Assembly (NCBI GenBank): GCA_018696595.1
Contig: JABHQW010000008.1
Location: forward strand, 64,001 to 128,000
Direction: 5' to 3'
DNA length: 64,000 nt
Origin: Candidatus Woesearchaeota archaeon
GTDB lineage: Archaea > Nanobdellota > Nanobdellia > Woesearchaeales > GW2011-AR9
Made by a program: the position numbers and the translations under genes
The notes under the pieces: model-generated
Databases searched by the model: none
The model's input: only the letters and a program-made list of their open reading frames with translations
What the model was told of the DNA's origin: nothing
In this document: positions 28,930 to 38,155 of the stretch, piece by piece
Layout: every line of letters starts with the position of its first letter
How positions within the stretch are numbered: position 1 is the stretch's first letter

Positions 28930-29691
28930 ATGAAAACCAAATATCCATTTAAAACAATAACAAAAACTGAAGAGCAACTTCATTCTTGGACTTATGTATT
29001 TCTACTTAAGTATCCAACAATCTTATTAACCTGGCTATTTGCAAATTTTACTAACTTCTCTCCAAACTTAGTTTCTTTCCTAGGGCTGATTCCTTCTTTT
29101 ATTAGTGCTTATTTTTATGTTAATGGGAACTTACTATTTGGTGCTCTTTTTTATCTCTTGGCTTGGCTTCTTGATGGAGTTGATGGAAGATTAGCAAGAG
29201 TCAAAAGCCTAGGGTCAAAGTACGGGGCATTTTATGACAATTATGTTGGCCAAATTGGTTTTATTATAATGATCATGGGATTTTTTTATGGTATAGCTAG
29301 AATAAAACAAAATTCTTTATGGTTGTTGTTGGGCATTCTAGTTTACTTTCTGGTTACTTTCCGCAGCTTGATTGCTTTAAAAGTTAAAACCTTGATGGGA
29401 AATGAATATCGTGTCAACTTAGATGAAGTAAATGTTGAAGAAGCAAGTATTAAAGAAACAAAAGGATTATGGGGATTAGCTGTAAGATTACAAAATAAAC
29501 TGAACCAAAAAGGTTTAGTTGAACCATTTAACCTAATTGATATGATTGTATTGATTTTTATTATTGGCCCAATTGCGGAATTAATTTTATCTGGTTCTCT
29601 AATATATGTGATAATATTTGCATTGATTATGATTATAATAAAAGAAATCATCTGGTTTCTCTATTATAGAAAGATTTTAAAAGATAGGTGA
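28930..29691 (+). CDS. CDP-alcohol phosphotransferase family membrane protein (fourth Asp replaced by Gly)
   Basis: FSPNLVS and LDGVDGRLAR-x8-GAFYDNYVG. Confidence 0.8.
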   Translation: MKTKYPFKTITKTEEQLHSWTYVFLLKYPTILLTWLFANFTNFSPNLVSFLGLIPSFISAYFYVNGNLLFGALFYLLAWLLDGVDGRLARVKSLGSKYGAFYDNYVGQIGFIIMIMGFFYGIARIKQNSLWLLLGILVYFLVTFRSLIALKVKTLMGNEYRVNLDEVNVEEASIKETKGLWGLAVRLQNKLNQKGLVEPFNLIDMIVLIFIIGPIAELILSGSLIYVIIFALIMIIIKEIIWFLYYRKILKDR

Positions 29692-29699
29692 AATTAAAA

Positions 29700-30836
29700 A
29701 TGAATATAATTCTTCTTACTGATGGATTCATGCGGAATAAAAAAGAATCAATATATCTTACATTAACTAGTTTAAGTAAAGAATTAATTAATCAAGGACA
29801 TCAAGTAGTAATTATTGCTAATGGAAATAATGATCTTCCCCGGATTAATATTGAAGAGAGAGTAACAATCGTTAGGCCGCCAAAAATCTTCAGTTTTTGT
29901 AGAATAATGAGGATAATTATTATTGGTCCTTTTATTAGAGTCTTACAAAAAAAACAGAAAAGAAAATACCAAATCATTAATAATTTTAGTTCTGCTCCAA
30001 TCTTAGTATTGAGAGCAGTATTTGCAAAATTGTTTTTGCCAAATATTAAAATTATTCAAAGCATAAAGTCTTATTCAAAAATGAATCTTGGAAACCATTT
30101 TTTTCATTTACTTAATTTTGCAAATTTAGTAACTATACCAACAAAAGTATTTGCAAAAAAGCTGGTTAGAAAAGGAGTAAAAGAAGAGAAAATCGAGGTC
30201 ATGAGATCCACCATTAATACCAATAAATTTTATCCAAAGAATGGAGACAAACTTAAGCAGGAATATGGCTATAACAATAAAAATGTGATTTTTTATTATG
30301 GGGCATTATGGAAAGAAAAAGGAGTGAAATATCTTGTTGAAGCCATCCCCGAAATTAAAAAGGTAGAACCACAAACAATGTTCATTTTTGCACCACGAGA
30401 AAGAAAAGAATTTTTATATCAACATAAGAAGTTACTAAATAAAATTAAAAAAATACCTGATACAACTATTTTAATTAACAAAATTAAAATTGAAGATTAT
30501 GTCAATATGGCCCAGATTTTAGTACTCCCTTATGCCAGCATTATTGGAACAGAAGGTAATCCTTCCTGCTTACTAGAAGCAATGGCTTGTAAAACTGCCG
30601 TTGTTACAAGTAATCTCCCTGAGTTGAAGGAAATTGTGCAACATGAACAAGATGTTCTTTTAGCAGAACCCGAAAATCCCGCCTCCATTGCTAAAAATGT
30701 AATCCGATTATTAAATGATAAACAGTTACAAGAAAGATTAACTGAAAATGCATATAAGAAATCAAAACAATTTGATGTAAGAATCATTGCCCAACAATAT
30801 TTAAAGTTATATCAAAATGTTTTAAACAAGAAGTAA
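29700..30836 (+). CDS. GT4 family glycosyltransferase
   Basis: YYGALWKEKG and EGNPSCLLE (EX7E). ATG 29700 follows a GGTGA ribosome-binding site. Confidence 0.8.
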   Translation: MNIILLTDGFMRNKKESIYLTLTSLSKELINQGHQVVIIANGNNDLPRINIEERVTIVRPPKIFSFCRIMRIIIIGPFIRVLQKKQKRKYQIINNFSSAPILVLRAVFAKLFLPNIKIIQSIKSYSKMNLGNHFFHLLNFANLVTIPTKVFAKKLVRKGVKEEKIEVMRSTINTNKFYPKNGDKLKQEYGYNNKNVIFYYGALWKEKGVKYLVEAIPEIKKVEPQTMFIFAPRERKEFLYQHKKLLNKIKKIPDTTILINKIKIEDYVNMAQILVLPYASIIGTEGNPSCLLEAMACKTAVVTSNLPELKEIVQHEQDVLLAEPENPASIAKNVIRLLNDKQLQERLTENAYKKSKQFDVRIIAQQYLKLYQNVLNKK

Positions 30837-30870
30837 TAATGATTAAATTATGAATAAACTCTGATTTGTT

Positions 30871-32175
30871 TTATTTATTCAAGAAAGAAAGAGTTTTTGT
30901 GACTATTGCATTTAGATTTAACTCTTTATTATCAGTCTTCACATTATTTGCTTCAAAATTATTAGATAACTGTTCAAATAAACCCATCTGTCTACTTAAT
31001 TCTTCAGGAGACTGGTCCCTTTTTCGGTTATAAAGAGTATTGGGATCATTGTAAAGATAAAAAGTTAAAGAAGGTTTAGGGAAAAAACTAAGAAAAAATC
31101 TTTTCAGAAAAAAAGGAACATGTTTCATCAAAAGAATATCGCTGCAGTATCTGTCTGTGACCACAATAAAGCGTTTTCTCTTTGGTAAAACAATAAACAA
31201 ATATCGAATTAATAAATCAAGAGTATAAATTGGAGAAGACAATGAATAAATAATTTTCTTTAAGTTCTTGCCAACTTTCTTTTTCTTTTCAACCCCTTTG
31301 TAAATATTACCAATCTTTTTAATGGGGATTATATTCTTCTTTCCCCGTCCAACATAAATTAAATTGACAGGATAACCATTATTCTTTAATATGCTTACCA
31401 ATCCTTCTGTCATTGTTGATTTTCCAGATCCATCTGGCCCAATTAAAGAGATCAATGGTTTGCTAGGCATCAATAGATTAAGTAAAGGAACCTTTCTTAA
31501 AGGACAATATTTTCTACTAAAAAACCACCGAGCAGATAATTTAGTAAAAGTCCAAGCCCTTTTAAAATCTTTAAAAGCATAATAACTCGCTAAGAATTTC
31601 ATTCTTCTTTCAATCTTCTCAAATGTTCCTTCTTGTACATTCTTTAATAAAAATAAAGCAATCTTTTTATTAAATATTTGAGCCAGGTTAGATTTAATAT
31701 AACTAAAATTAAGATCTTCCTGAGATAAACTCACCAGTTCCTCTTTATACTTATGTTTAAAAAATCGTTTTCCCAAAATAGAATGACATAAATAATGAAG
31801 ATAAGAATCATTAACAGAAAGTATTGGAAAGAAATACTTGTTTTCTATTCCTGATAAAATCTGATTCATCTTTAGATACACAATGTCGTTCCAGTAGATT
31901 CCTCCTTTTTGTAAGTCAAAAGAAAAAGTTTTTTTATTCTCTGGAAAATATTTCCAAAAACCTTGGTGTTTTAAAGAAAAGTTCTTACTAGATTTATTAA
32001 ACCCTTGATTAAGCAATATTTCTTCGGCGTTATTCCAATTACTATCATCAACAGAAATATCCAAATCAGTCCCCAGATCCCCTTGATTTAAGAGAAAAGC
32101 ATAATTACGTAAAACACAATACTTGATGTTATTCTGATTAAATACTTGTAATATTTCTTTTATTTTTGGAATCAT
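30871..32175 (-). CDS. Nucleotidyltransferase-fold domain fused to a thymidylate/NMP-kinase-like P-loop domain
   Basis: N-terminal YCVLRNY...GTDLDI (DxD). C-terminal GPDGSGKST, TDRY and PKPSLTFYL. Confidence 0.7.
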   Translation of the reverse strand: MIPKIKEILQVFNQNNIKYCVLRNYAFLLNQGDLGTDLDISVDDSNWNNAEEILLNQGFNKSSKNFSLKHQGFWKYFPENKKTFSFDLQKGGIYWNDIVYLKMNQILSGIENKYFFPILSVNDSYLHYLCHSILGKRFFKHKYKEELVSLSQEDLNFSYIKSNLAQIFNKKIALFLLKNVQEGTFEKIERRMKFLASYYAFKDFKRAWTFTKLSARWFFSRKYCPLRKVPLLNLLMPSKPLISLIGPDGSGKSTMTEGLVSILKNNGYPVNLIYVGRGKKNIIPIKKIGNIYKGVEKKKKVGKNLKKIIYSLSSPIYTLDLLIRYLFIVLPKRKRFIVVTDRYCSDILLMKHVPFFLKRFFLSFFPKPSLTFYLYNDPNTLYNRKRDQSPEELSRQMGLFEQLSNNFEANNVKTDNKELNLNAIVTKTLSFLNK

Positions 32176-32194
32176 TTTGCAATCGTTTTTGTAG

Positions 32195-33682
32195 TCATTT
32201 TCTAAATAACTTAAAGTAATATTTCAATTCTTTTAAGCTCCAAACCTTAAAAAGCCAAGCTAAAAGTAGATATAATGTTCCAGCCATAGTAATGCTTAAG
32301 ATAACATTTGCCCAAAGCCCAAAAGTTAAAACATCTTTTAAAAAGTTAATGAAAAACAAGAACATAATCGCCAACAAAGATAGTTTAATCCATTCCATAA
32401 TACGAGATTTCATACCCAAGATGCGGTTCAAGAATATAGTTGATATAATAAAAACAATAAAATAACTCACAGAAGTAGCAATGGCCGCACCAATAATCCC
32501 ATAGATAGGAATTAAAATAACGTTTAGAGTTACGTTGATTAAGGCAGCAATTACGATTGTAATTGTAACTACTTTTGGTTTGCCAATGCCAGAAATCATA
32601 TTATTATTGATCCCAGCAATGATATAAAATAACACGCCCACTAAAAGTATTTGAAAAGAAACTGTTCCAACATTAAATTTTAATCCAAAAGATAAAGTTA
32701 TAAAAAGTTTAGCAAAAGAGAATAAAGCAAGAATCATTGTACTCATAAAAAGAAAAGTATATTTATGTAATAAATTAATTCCTGCCGTCAATCGTTTAAA
32801 ATCCTTCTTAGCAAACAATTCTGAAGTCATTGGAAAAACTACGGCTGACAAAGATGTCCCCACGAATAAAAATAACATTGCAGAAGGGAGGATTGCATTA
32901 TAAACCCCAACCTGTTCTAAAGTTCCAAAGTAAGTTAATATTAAAGTATCTAAGTAACCAATAACTTTTCCCCCAATTCCAGTAAACAAAACAGGCAAAC
33001 CAAACAGAAACATTTTTTTAGTTGTTTTTTTAAATGAAATTAAGGGGTATTGAAAGAAAGGGAAAGTTCGTATTGCAAAAGGTAGCAATATGCAAAATAA
33101 AATTAATGACCCCACCACATATGCCCAGGCTGTCGCAAGAACAGTCTTATGCCCGAACATAAAGAATATAACCAAAGTTATTAGGATAATCCCATTTTTC
33201 AAAAATTCAAATAAAGAAAAAACCCTGAAGTTCTGAAAACCTCTTAAAATATATTTAGTCATCTTAAAAAAAACGCTGAGAATAATATACATGATAAATA
33301 ACTTAATTAAACTTTCCGCCATGGCTTCTTTAAAGTAACTAGTTGCTAAAAAACCAGCAAAAAAATAAAGAAAGAAACTAAAAATAATAGAACTGATTAA
33401 TTGAAAAAATAGAGTTACAAAAGTAATTGTGGTAATTAAATGTAATTTATTACTTACCTTAAACTCGGCAATATACTTGACTAATGCAGTTCCTAAACCA
33501 AGATCTCTAAAAAACAACAAGAACATTACTAAATTAAAAACGGCATAAAACAAACCATATTCTGTAATACTAAGATTTCTTGCAAGAATAATTTTTGTTG
33601 TAAAAGCTAACAGATTTGCTAATGCATTCATTACGAAAATTAGGGTTGCGCCAACAAGTGCTTTTCTAAAATAATTAACCAT
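32195..33682 (-). CDS. Oligosaccharide flippase (Wzx/MOP family)
   Basis: About 14 TMs with ILARNLS..EYGLF, DLGL, DTLIL...VGVY and LIPIYGIIGAAIAT motifs. Confidence 0.85.
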   Translation of the reverse strand: MVNYFRKALVGATLIFVMNALANLLAFTTKIILARNLSITEYGLFYAVFNLVMFLLFFRDLGLGTALVKYIAEFKVSNKLHLITTITFVTLFFQLISSIIFSFFLYFFAGFLATSYFKEAMAESLIKLFIMYIILSVFFKMTKYILRGFQNFRVFSLFEFLKNGIILITLVIFFMFGHKTVLATAWAYVVGSLILFCILLPFAIRTFPFFQYPLISFKKTTKKMFLFGLPVLFTGIGGKVIGYLDTLILTYFGTLEQVGVYNAILPSAMLFLFVGTSLSAVVFPMTSELFAKKDFKRLTAGINLLHKYTFLFMSTMILALFSFAKLFITLSFGLKFNVGTVSFQILLVGVLFYIIAGINNNMISGIGKPKVVTITIVIAALINVTLNVILIPIYGIIGAAIATSVSYFIVFIISTIFLNRILGMKSRIMEWIKLSLLAIMFLFFINFLKDVLTFGLWANVILSITMAGTLYLLLAWLFKVWSLKELKYYFKLFRK

Positions 33683-33683
33683 T

Positions 33684-35645
33684 TTATACTATCTTAAAAA
33701 CAACGTAAAGATTCTCTTTTTGATAAATTGGTTGGAATGATGGTGAACTAACAAACCCATTTATTCTTTCCTGGAATTTCTTATTTACTTGTTCCTCATC
33801 ACCACAATCGGGGGTCAAATATTTTAAATCTCCAATTCCCGCTAGAAGGTATTCGTATTTGTTCCTTTTTAAAAAAGAATATAATTCTTCATTGTTTAAG
33901 CCCATGATACATTGATCTCTGGTATTTTCAATAATGTCTTCACACCAAGTACAACTAAATGCATCAAAACCGGCCATTAAATGGTTTCGATCAGAGTAAG
34001 TAAAAACTGAAGTCCCTTTAGGTAATGTTGCAAACCACTCCGCATATTCAAATGCAACTTGGGGATTCCCACCACCAAAATAGCCATACGTTGGCCAAAT
34101 GGCAGTATTAGCAGAATATTTTTGATGAGCTGAAGTCAATACAACCCCTGAAACAACAACCAATAAAACTATGATTATGGGGATCCCTACTTTCTTCAAA
34201 GAGTTTTTAATCAACCAATAGCCTTCAGCTGCCAATAAAGAAATAGGAATTGCTAAAAGCATCCAGAATCTAAAAGCAATAAGTCCCACAGGAAGATTAA
34301 ATGTCATACTATTAACTCCAAGGAAAGTAAAAATAAACCAGCCTATAGTTACAGGCAACCAATAATTTTTATTCCTAAAAGTTTTCTTGTAGAATATTAA
34401 TGAAGACAAAACCCCAATAACAAGTAGAATACTAATAAAAATACCTACTCCAATTGGATTATTGATCATATTATTATGTTGAGCAAAGAAAAAATCACCA
34501 AAAGTATACGCTCTCGTTGCTGAACCCACATCTGGTGGAAACATGGATAATATCCTACTAAATAAGCTACTACTACCAGAAGTTTCTGCAATCTTGAATC
34601 CACCCAAGCCAAGAGCCTGAGCAATTCCGCTTGCCCCCTTATATTTTGTCAACATATTACCCCACCATATAAATGAAATAACATATCCAGCAACAATACT
34701 AATAAAAGACCATCTTAGAAATTTCTTAGCTAAAATAGATTTAATAACAAAATAAATTAATAACAGAAAACCAATCTTAATTGGTTGAGTTGGTTGTGAG
34801 ACTGCTATGCTCGCAATCGTTAGTGCAGCAGGACACATCCATTTCTTATTTTCATCAATCTTTTCTAAACAATACATAGATACAAAGAAAAGAGCAGGAA
34901 TCAATGAATGAGCCCAAATAAAATGACTAAGATAACAAGGAATCGCAGCTAGAATAAATGTTGCAAATAACGCTTTATTACTTGAACCAATAAAGTTTCT
35001 GGCAAAGAAAAAGAAAAATATAATGCTTAATGATATAATTAAAGCATTAAAAAACTTCAGAGTCCAATTAATAGAATCATTTGTTTGATACAATAAAGCC
35101 ATTAAAATGTCATAAGCAGGAGGGTAAGGGTCCAAATAAGTCAGTTGATCATTATGCCTGTCAAGAATCTCCCTAGGAGGATCATAAGCCGTCTTTTCTA
35201 ATGAAATATATTGGGCCCCATTTGCGTGTGACCAAGGATCAGCATTTTCTAAATAAGGATATGCTGTTGCCCCAGTATAATACATAAAAAATGTTGCTCC
35301 AAAAATAATCAGAAGTGTAAACATAATCAAATGAGATTTTTTTATTTTCAAGTTTGGTTTAAATTTAAACTTAAACTGGTCAAGATGAATAGGTTTATTC
35401 TTAATACTAACAATAAATTTAATTAAAGGATAAATTAAACCAATAGAAAGAAATATTCTCCAATCCAGAGGAATTCTAACAAAGTTAAAGAAAACAGACA
35501 CTATTAAAATAACCCCTAAACCAATTCCTAAAATCATAAAAAAAGATTCCCATTTATCAACAATTTTCAATTTAAGAAGAGAAGTCATAGTATAACCAAA
35601 CCCAAGTAAGTATACAAAAAATAAGATTATTGTTAGTATATCCAT
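33684..35645 (-). CDS. Large multi-pass membrane protein, GT-C glycosyltransferase candidate
   Basis: First-loop ENADPWSH and YPPAY motifs, many TMs, RFWM and a soluble C-terminal domain. Confidence 0.6.
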   Translation of the reverse strand: MDILTIILFFVYLLGFGYTMTSLLKLKIVDKWESFFMILGIGLGVILIVSVFFNFVRIPLDWRIFLSIGLIYPLIKFIVSIKNKPIHLDQFKFKFKPNLKIKKSHLIMFTLLIIFGATFFMYYTGATAYPYLENADPWSHANGAQYISLEKTAYDPPREILDRHNDQLTYLDPYPPAYDILMALLYQTNDSINWTLKFFNALIISLSIIFFFFFARNFIGSSNKALFATFILAAIPCYLSHFIWAHSLIPALFFVSMYCLEKIDENKKWMCPAALTIASIAVSQPTQPIKIGFLLLIYFVIKSILAKKFLRWSFISIVAGYVISFIWWGNMLTKYKGASGIAQALGLGGFKIAETSGSSSLFSRILSMFPPDVGSATRAYTFGDFFFAQHNNMINNPIGVGIFISILLVIGVLSSLIFYKKTFRNKNYWLPVTIGWFIFTFLGVNSMTFNLPVGLIAFRFWMLLAIPISLLAAEGYWLIKNSLKKVGIPIIIVLLVVVSGVVLTSAHQKYSANTAIWPTYGYFGGGNPQVAFEYAEWFATLPKGTSVFTYSDRNHLMAGFDAFSCTWCEDIIENTRDQCIMGLNNEELYSFLKRNKYEYLLAGIGDLKYLTPDCGDEEQVNKKFQERINGFVSSPSFQPIYQKENLYVVFKIV

Positions 35646-35647
35646 AT

Positions 35648-37066
35648 TTAACCCTTCATAACAGAGAAATGATAAACCTCTATCCCCTTATAAGTTTTAT
35701 TAAAGTCAAGAATTAAGTTTTTTTCTGCTTGTTCCAGATAATAATCAATATCGTTATAGTTATGAGAGAGAATCAACCAAAAACCTTTGCTTGAGAGTAA
35801 TGGAAAAGAATAATTATTTTCAGTATTAAGACCCATGATTTTTGATTTTCCTTGGTAGTAATAATCAAACGGAACAATAGCAGATGAACTATCAAATAAG
35901 ATTATTTCTCCTTTTTTTTCTTTTAGACTTATTAACTCAGAGACATTATCCCATTCCTCTTTTGTGATATCTTGATAATATAGTTGTAAGGAAGAAAAAG
36001 ACAATATAATAATTAAGACAATAACACTTATTCTTAATAATTTCTTCTTAGTTAAGCTAATTATGTATGCAAAGAAAACAAAAAGAAACGGCAATAAAAA
36101 TAAAGTATACCTGGTTAAGAAAAATGGAGAGTAGAGAGATTTGACAAATATTAGAATTAAAAAGAAATAGATGATAACCAAAAGTAAAAGAAAATTGTGA
36201 TTAATAAAAAAGAAAAAGTTAACAATTTTCTTCCAATTTCTAACAACAACAAATATAGTCAAAATAAGTGAGATAATTGGAATTAAAAATAAGATAATAC
36301 CAAGATTTGCAACACTTGAAGATAATCCCCACTTATTTATGAAAATGTTGATTAAAATATTATTGTACCAAAAAAACTTAGTTATAAATTTTGGTAAAAA
36401 TGGAATAAAAAGTAAAATAATTATTAACTGGCTGATAAACCATCTCTTTAGAGATGTACCCTTTTTATAAAATAAGGATAATAAAATGATGTTTTGAACA
36501 AGAAAAATTAACAAACCAAAATAATGGATAGCATTTAAGAATGCACCTACAACTCCAAAGAAAAAATAAAGAAAAAGGCTGCTTTTTTTAGAATCCTTGT
36601 TTACAAAACCCTTAATTAATTTTACAAATATAAAAAAAGATAAAATTGTCAAAGTAGTAAAAAAAGAGAAAACTCTGGCTTCTTGAGAATAAATTATATC
36701 GAATAGTGAAATTGAAATCAATAGTGCTGATAATATTGCTACTTTTTTATCAAACAACTCTTTTGCCAAAAGGTATAGTAAGATTATAGAAATAACACCA
36801 CACAATAAAGAGAAAAAACGTAAAGCGAACATAGAAAGACCAAAAATCTCTGACCAAAGATGTAAAATAATAAAATATACTGACGGCTTAGTCTCGGTAA
36901 TTTCTGCTTGATCAATCACACCACCAATATTATCTTGATTAATTGATAATATCGTATATCCTTCATCAAACCAAAGATTTTCTTTATCTAAATCATAAAA
37001 TCGCAATCCAAAACCCAAGAGAACTATTAAAGCCAAAATAATTAAGGGAACATATCTTTTTTTCAT
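35648..37066 (-). CDS. GT-C glycosyltransferase (PMT_2/ArnT-like)
   Basis: LWFDEGYT, KPSVYF, LRFFS, YSQEARVF and TRY motifs. Confidence 0.8.
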   Translation of the reverse strand: MKKRYVPLIILALIVLLGFGLRFYDLDKENLWFDEGYTILSINQDNIGGVIDQAEITETKPSVYFIILHLWSEIFGLSMFALRFFSLLCGVISIILLYLLAKELFDKKVAILSALLISISLFDIIYSQEARVFSFFTTLTILSFFIFVKLIKGFVNKDSKKSSLFLYFFFGVVGAFLNAIHYFGLLIFLVQNIILLSLFYKKGTSLKRWFISQLIIILLFIPFLPKFITKFFWYNNILINIFINKWGLSSSVANLGIILFLIPIISLILTIFVVVRNWKKIVNFFFFINHNFLLLLVIIYFFLILIFVKSLYSPFFLTRYTLFLLPFLFVFFAYIISLTKKKLLRISVIVLIIILSFSSLQLYYQDITKEEWDNVSELISLKEKKGEIILFDSSSAIVPFDYYYQGKSKIMGLNTENNYSFPLLSSKGFWLILSHNYNDIDYYLEQAEKNLILDFNKTYKGIEVYHFSVMKG

Positions 37067-37075
37067 TTTTCTGAT

Positions 37076-38155
37076 TTACAACTTTTGTTGTAAGATAGAT
37101 ATTATCCTTTCTGCAGTTTTACCATCACCATAGGGATTTGTCCAAGACCGATCCTTTTTAGTCATCTCTTTAGTTCCATTCAATACCGATTCTGGCTCAA
37201 CTCCGACTAAAATATTACTACCAACATTTAATGTTTCGGGTCTTTCAGTATTATCTCTAAGAGTCACACACGGAACCTTTAAAACACAACTCTCCTCTTG
37301 CATCCCGCCCGAATCAGTCATAATTAGGTGAGAATTTTTTTGTAATTGTAAAAATTCCAAGTACCCTAAAAGGGGAATCGTCTTAACACATCCTGGAACT
37401 TTTAAATTAAACTTTTCCAACATTTTAATTGTTCTTGGATGAATGGGCCAAACAATTGGCAAGCCATGGTATTCTGCAACCAAAGAAATGCTGTCAAGTA
37501 ATTTTAATAATCTAGGTTCAAAATCAACATTTTCTTGTCGATGAGATGACATAAGAATATACTGCCCCTTCTTTAATTCAAACCTTTGCAAAACATTACT
37601 CTTACGATCAGACAATTCAATATTTTGTGAAAGAGCATCAACAACTGTGTTTCCAGTAACAAAAATCTTATTTTGATCATGGTTTTCTTTAAGAAGATTG
37701 TTTTCAGTTGTAAGGGTCGGAGTAAAAAGAAAATCTGATAAATTATCAATTATTATTCTATGAGTTTCCTCCAACATTTGAATATCATCACTTCTAAGTC
37801 CTGCTTCTACGTGCCCAAGGGGAATTCTTAGTTGAGTCGCAGCTAATCCACCAGCTAACACAGAATTAGTATCACCAATAACTAAAACCACACTCGGTTT
37901 TTCCTGTTTAAGAATTTTTTTAATATTTGGAAGCATAGTACTTAATTGAAACTTAAATGCCCCCACCCCTCCTTGAATATGATATTTTGGAAGTGGCAAT
38001 TCCAATTCTTCAAAAAAGAGTTTATCTAAGTCATAAGAATAATGTTGCCCAGTATGAATAATAAAATAATCAGTACCTCTTTGTTCACAACACCTAATTA
38101 AAGAACATGCTTTAATTATCTCTGGTCTGGTCCCCAGAACAATACAAACTTTCAT
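37076..38155 (-). CDS. wecB: UDP-N-acetylglucosamine 2-epimerase (non-hydrolysing)
   Basis: GTRPEIIK, HTGQHY, GDTNS, HVEAGLRS, HRQEN, TDSGGMQEE and RDNTERPE motifs. Start MKVCIV at 38155 forms a TAATG overlap. Confidence 0.92.
   Translation of the reverse strand: MKVCIVLGTRPEIIKACSLIRCCEQRGTDYFIIHTGQHYSYDLDKLFFEELELPLPKYHIQGGVGAFKFQLSTMLPNIKKILKQEKPSVVLVIGDTNSVLAGGLAATQLRIPLGHVEAGLRSDDIQMLEETHRIIIDNLSDFLFTPTLTTENNLLKENHDQNKIFVTGNTVVDALSQNIELSDRKSNVLQRFELKKGQYILMSSHRQENVDFEPRLLKLLDSISLVAEYHGLPIVWPIHPRTIKMLEKFNLKVPGCVKTIPLLGYLEFLQLQKNSHLIMTDSGGMQEESCVLKVPCVTLRDNTERPETLNVGSNILVGVEPESVLNGTKEMTKKDRSWTNPYGDGKTAERIISILQQKL

Noticed and set aside
14227-32175. Methylphosphonate (methane-precursor) pathway
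   Set aside because: No MpnS/HEPD-like cupin dioxygenase is recognisable in the window.
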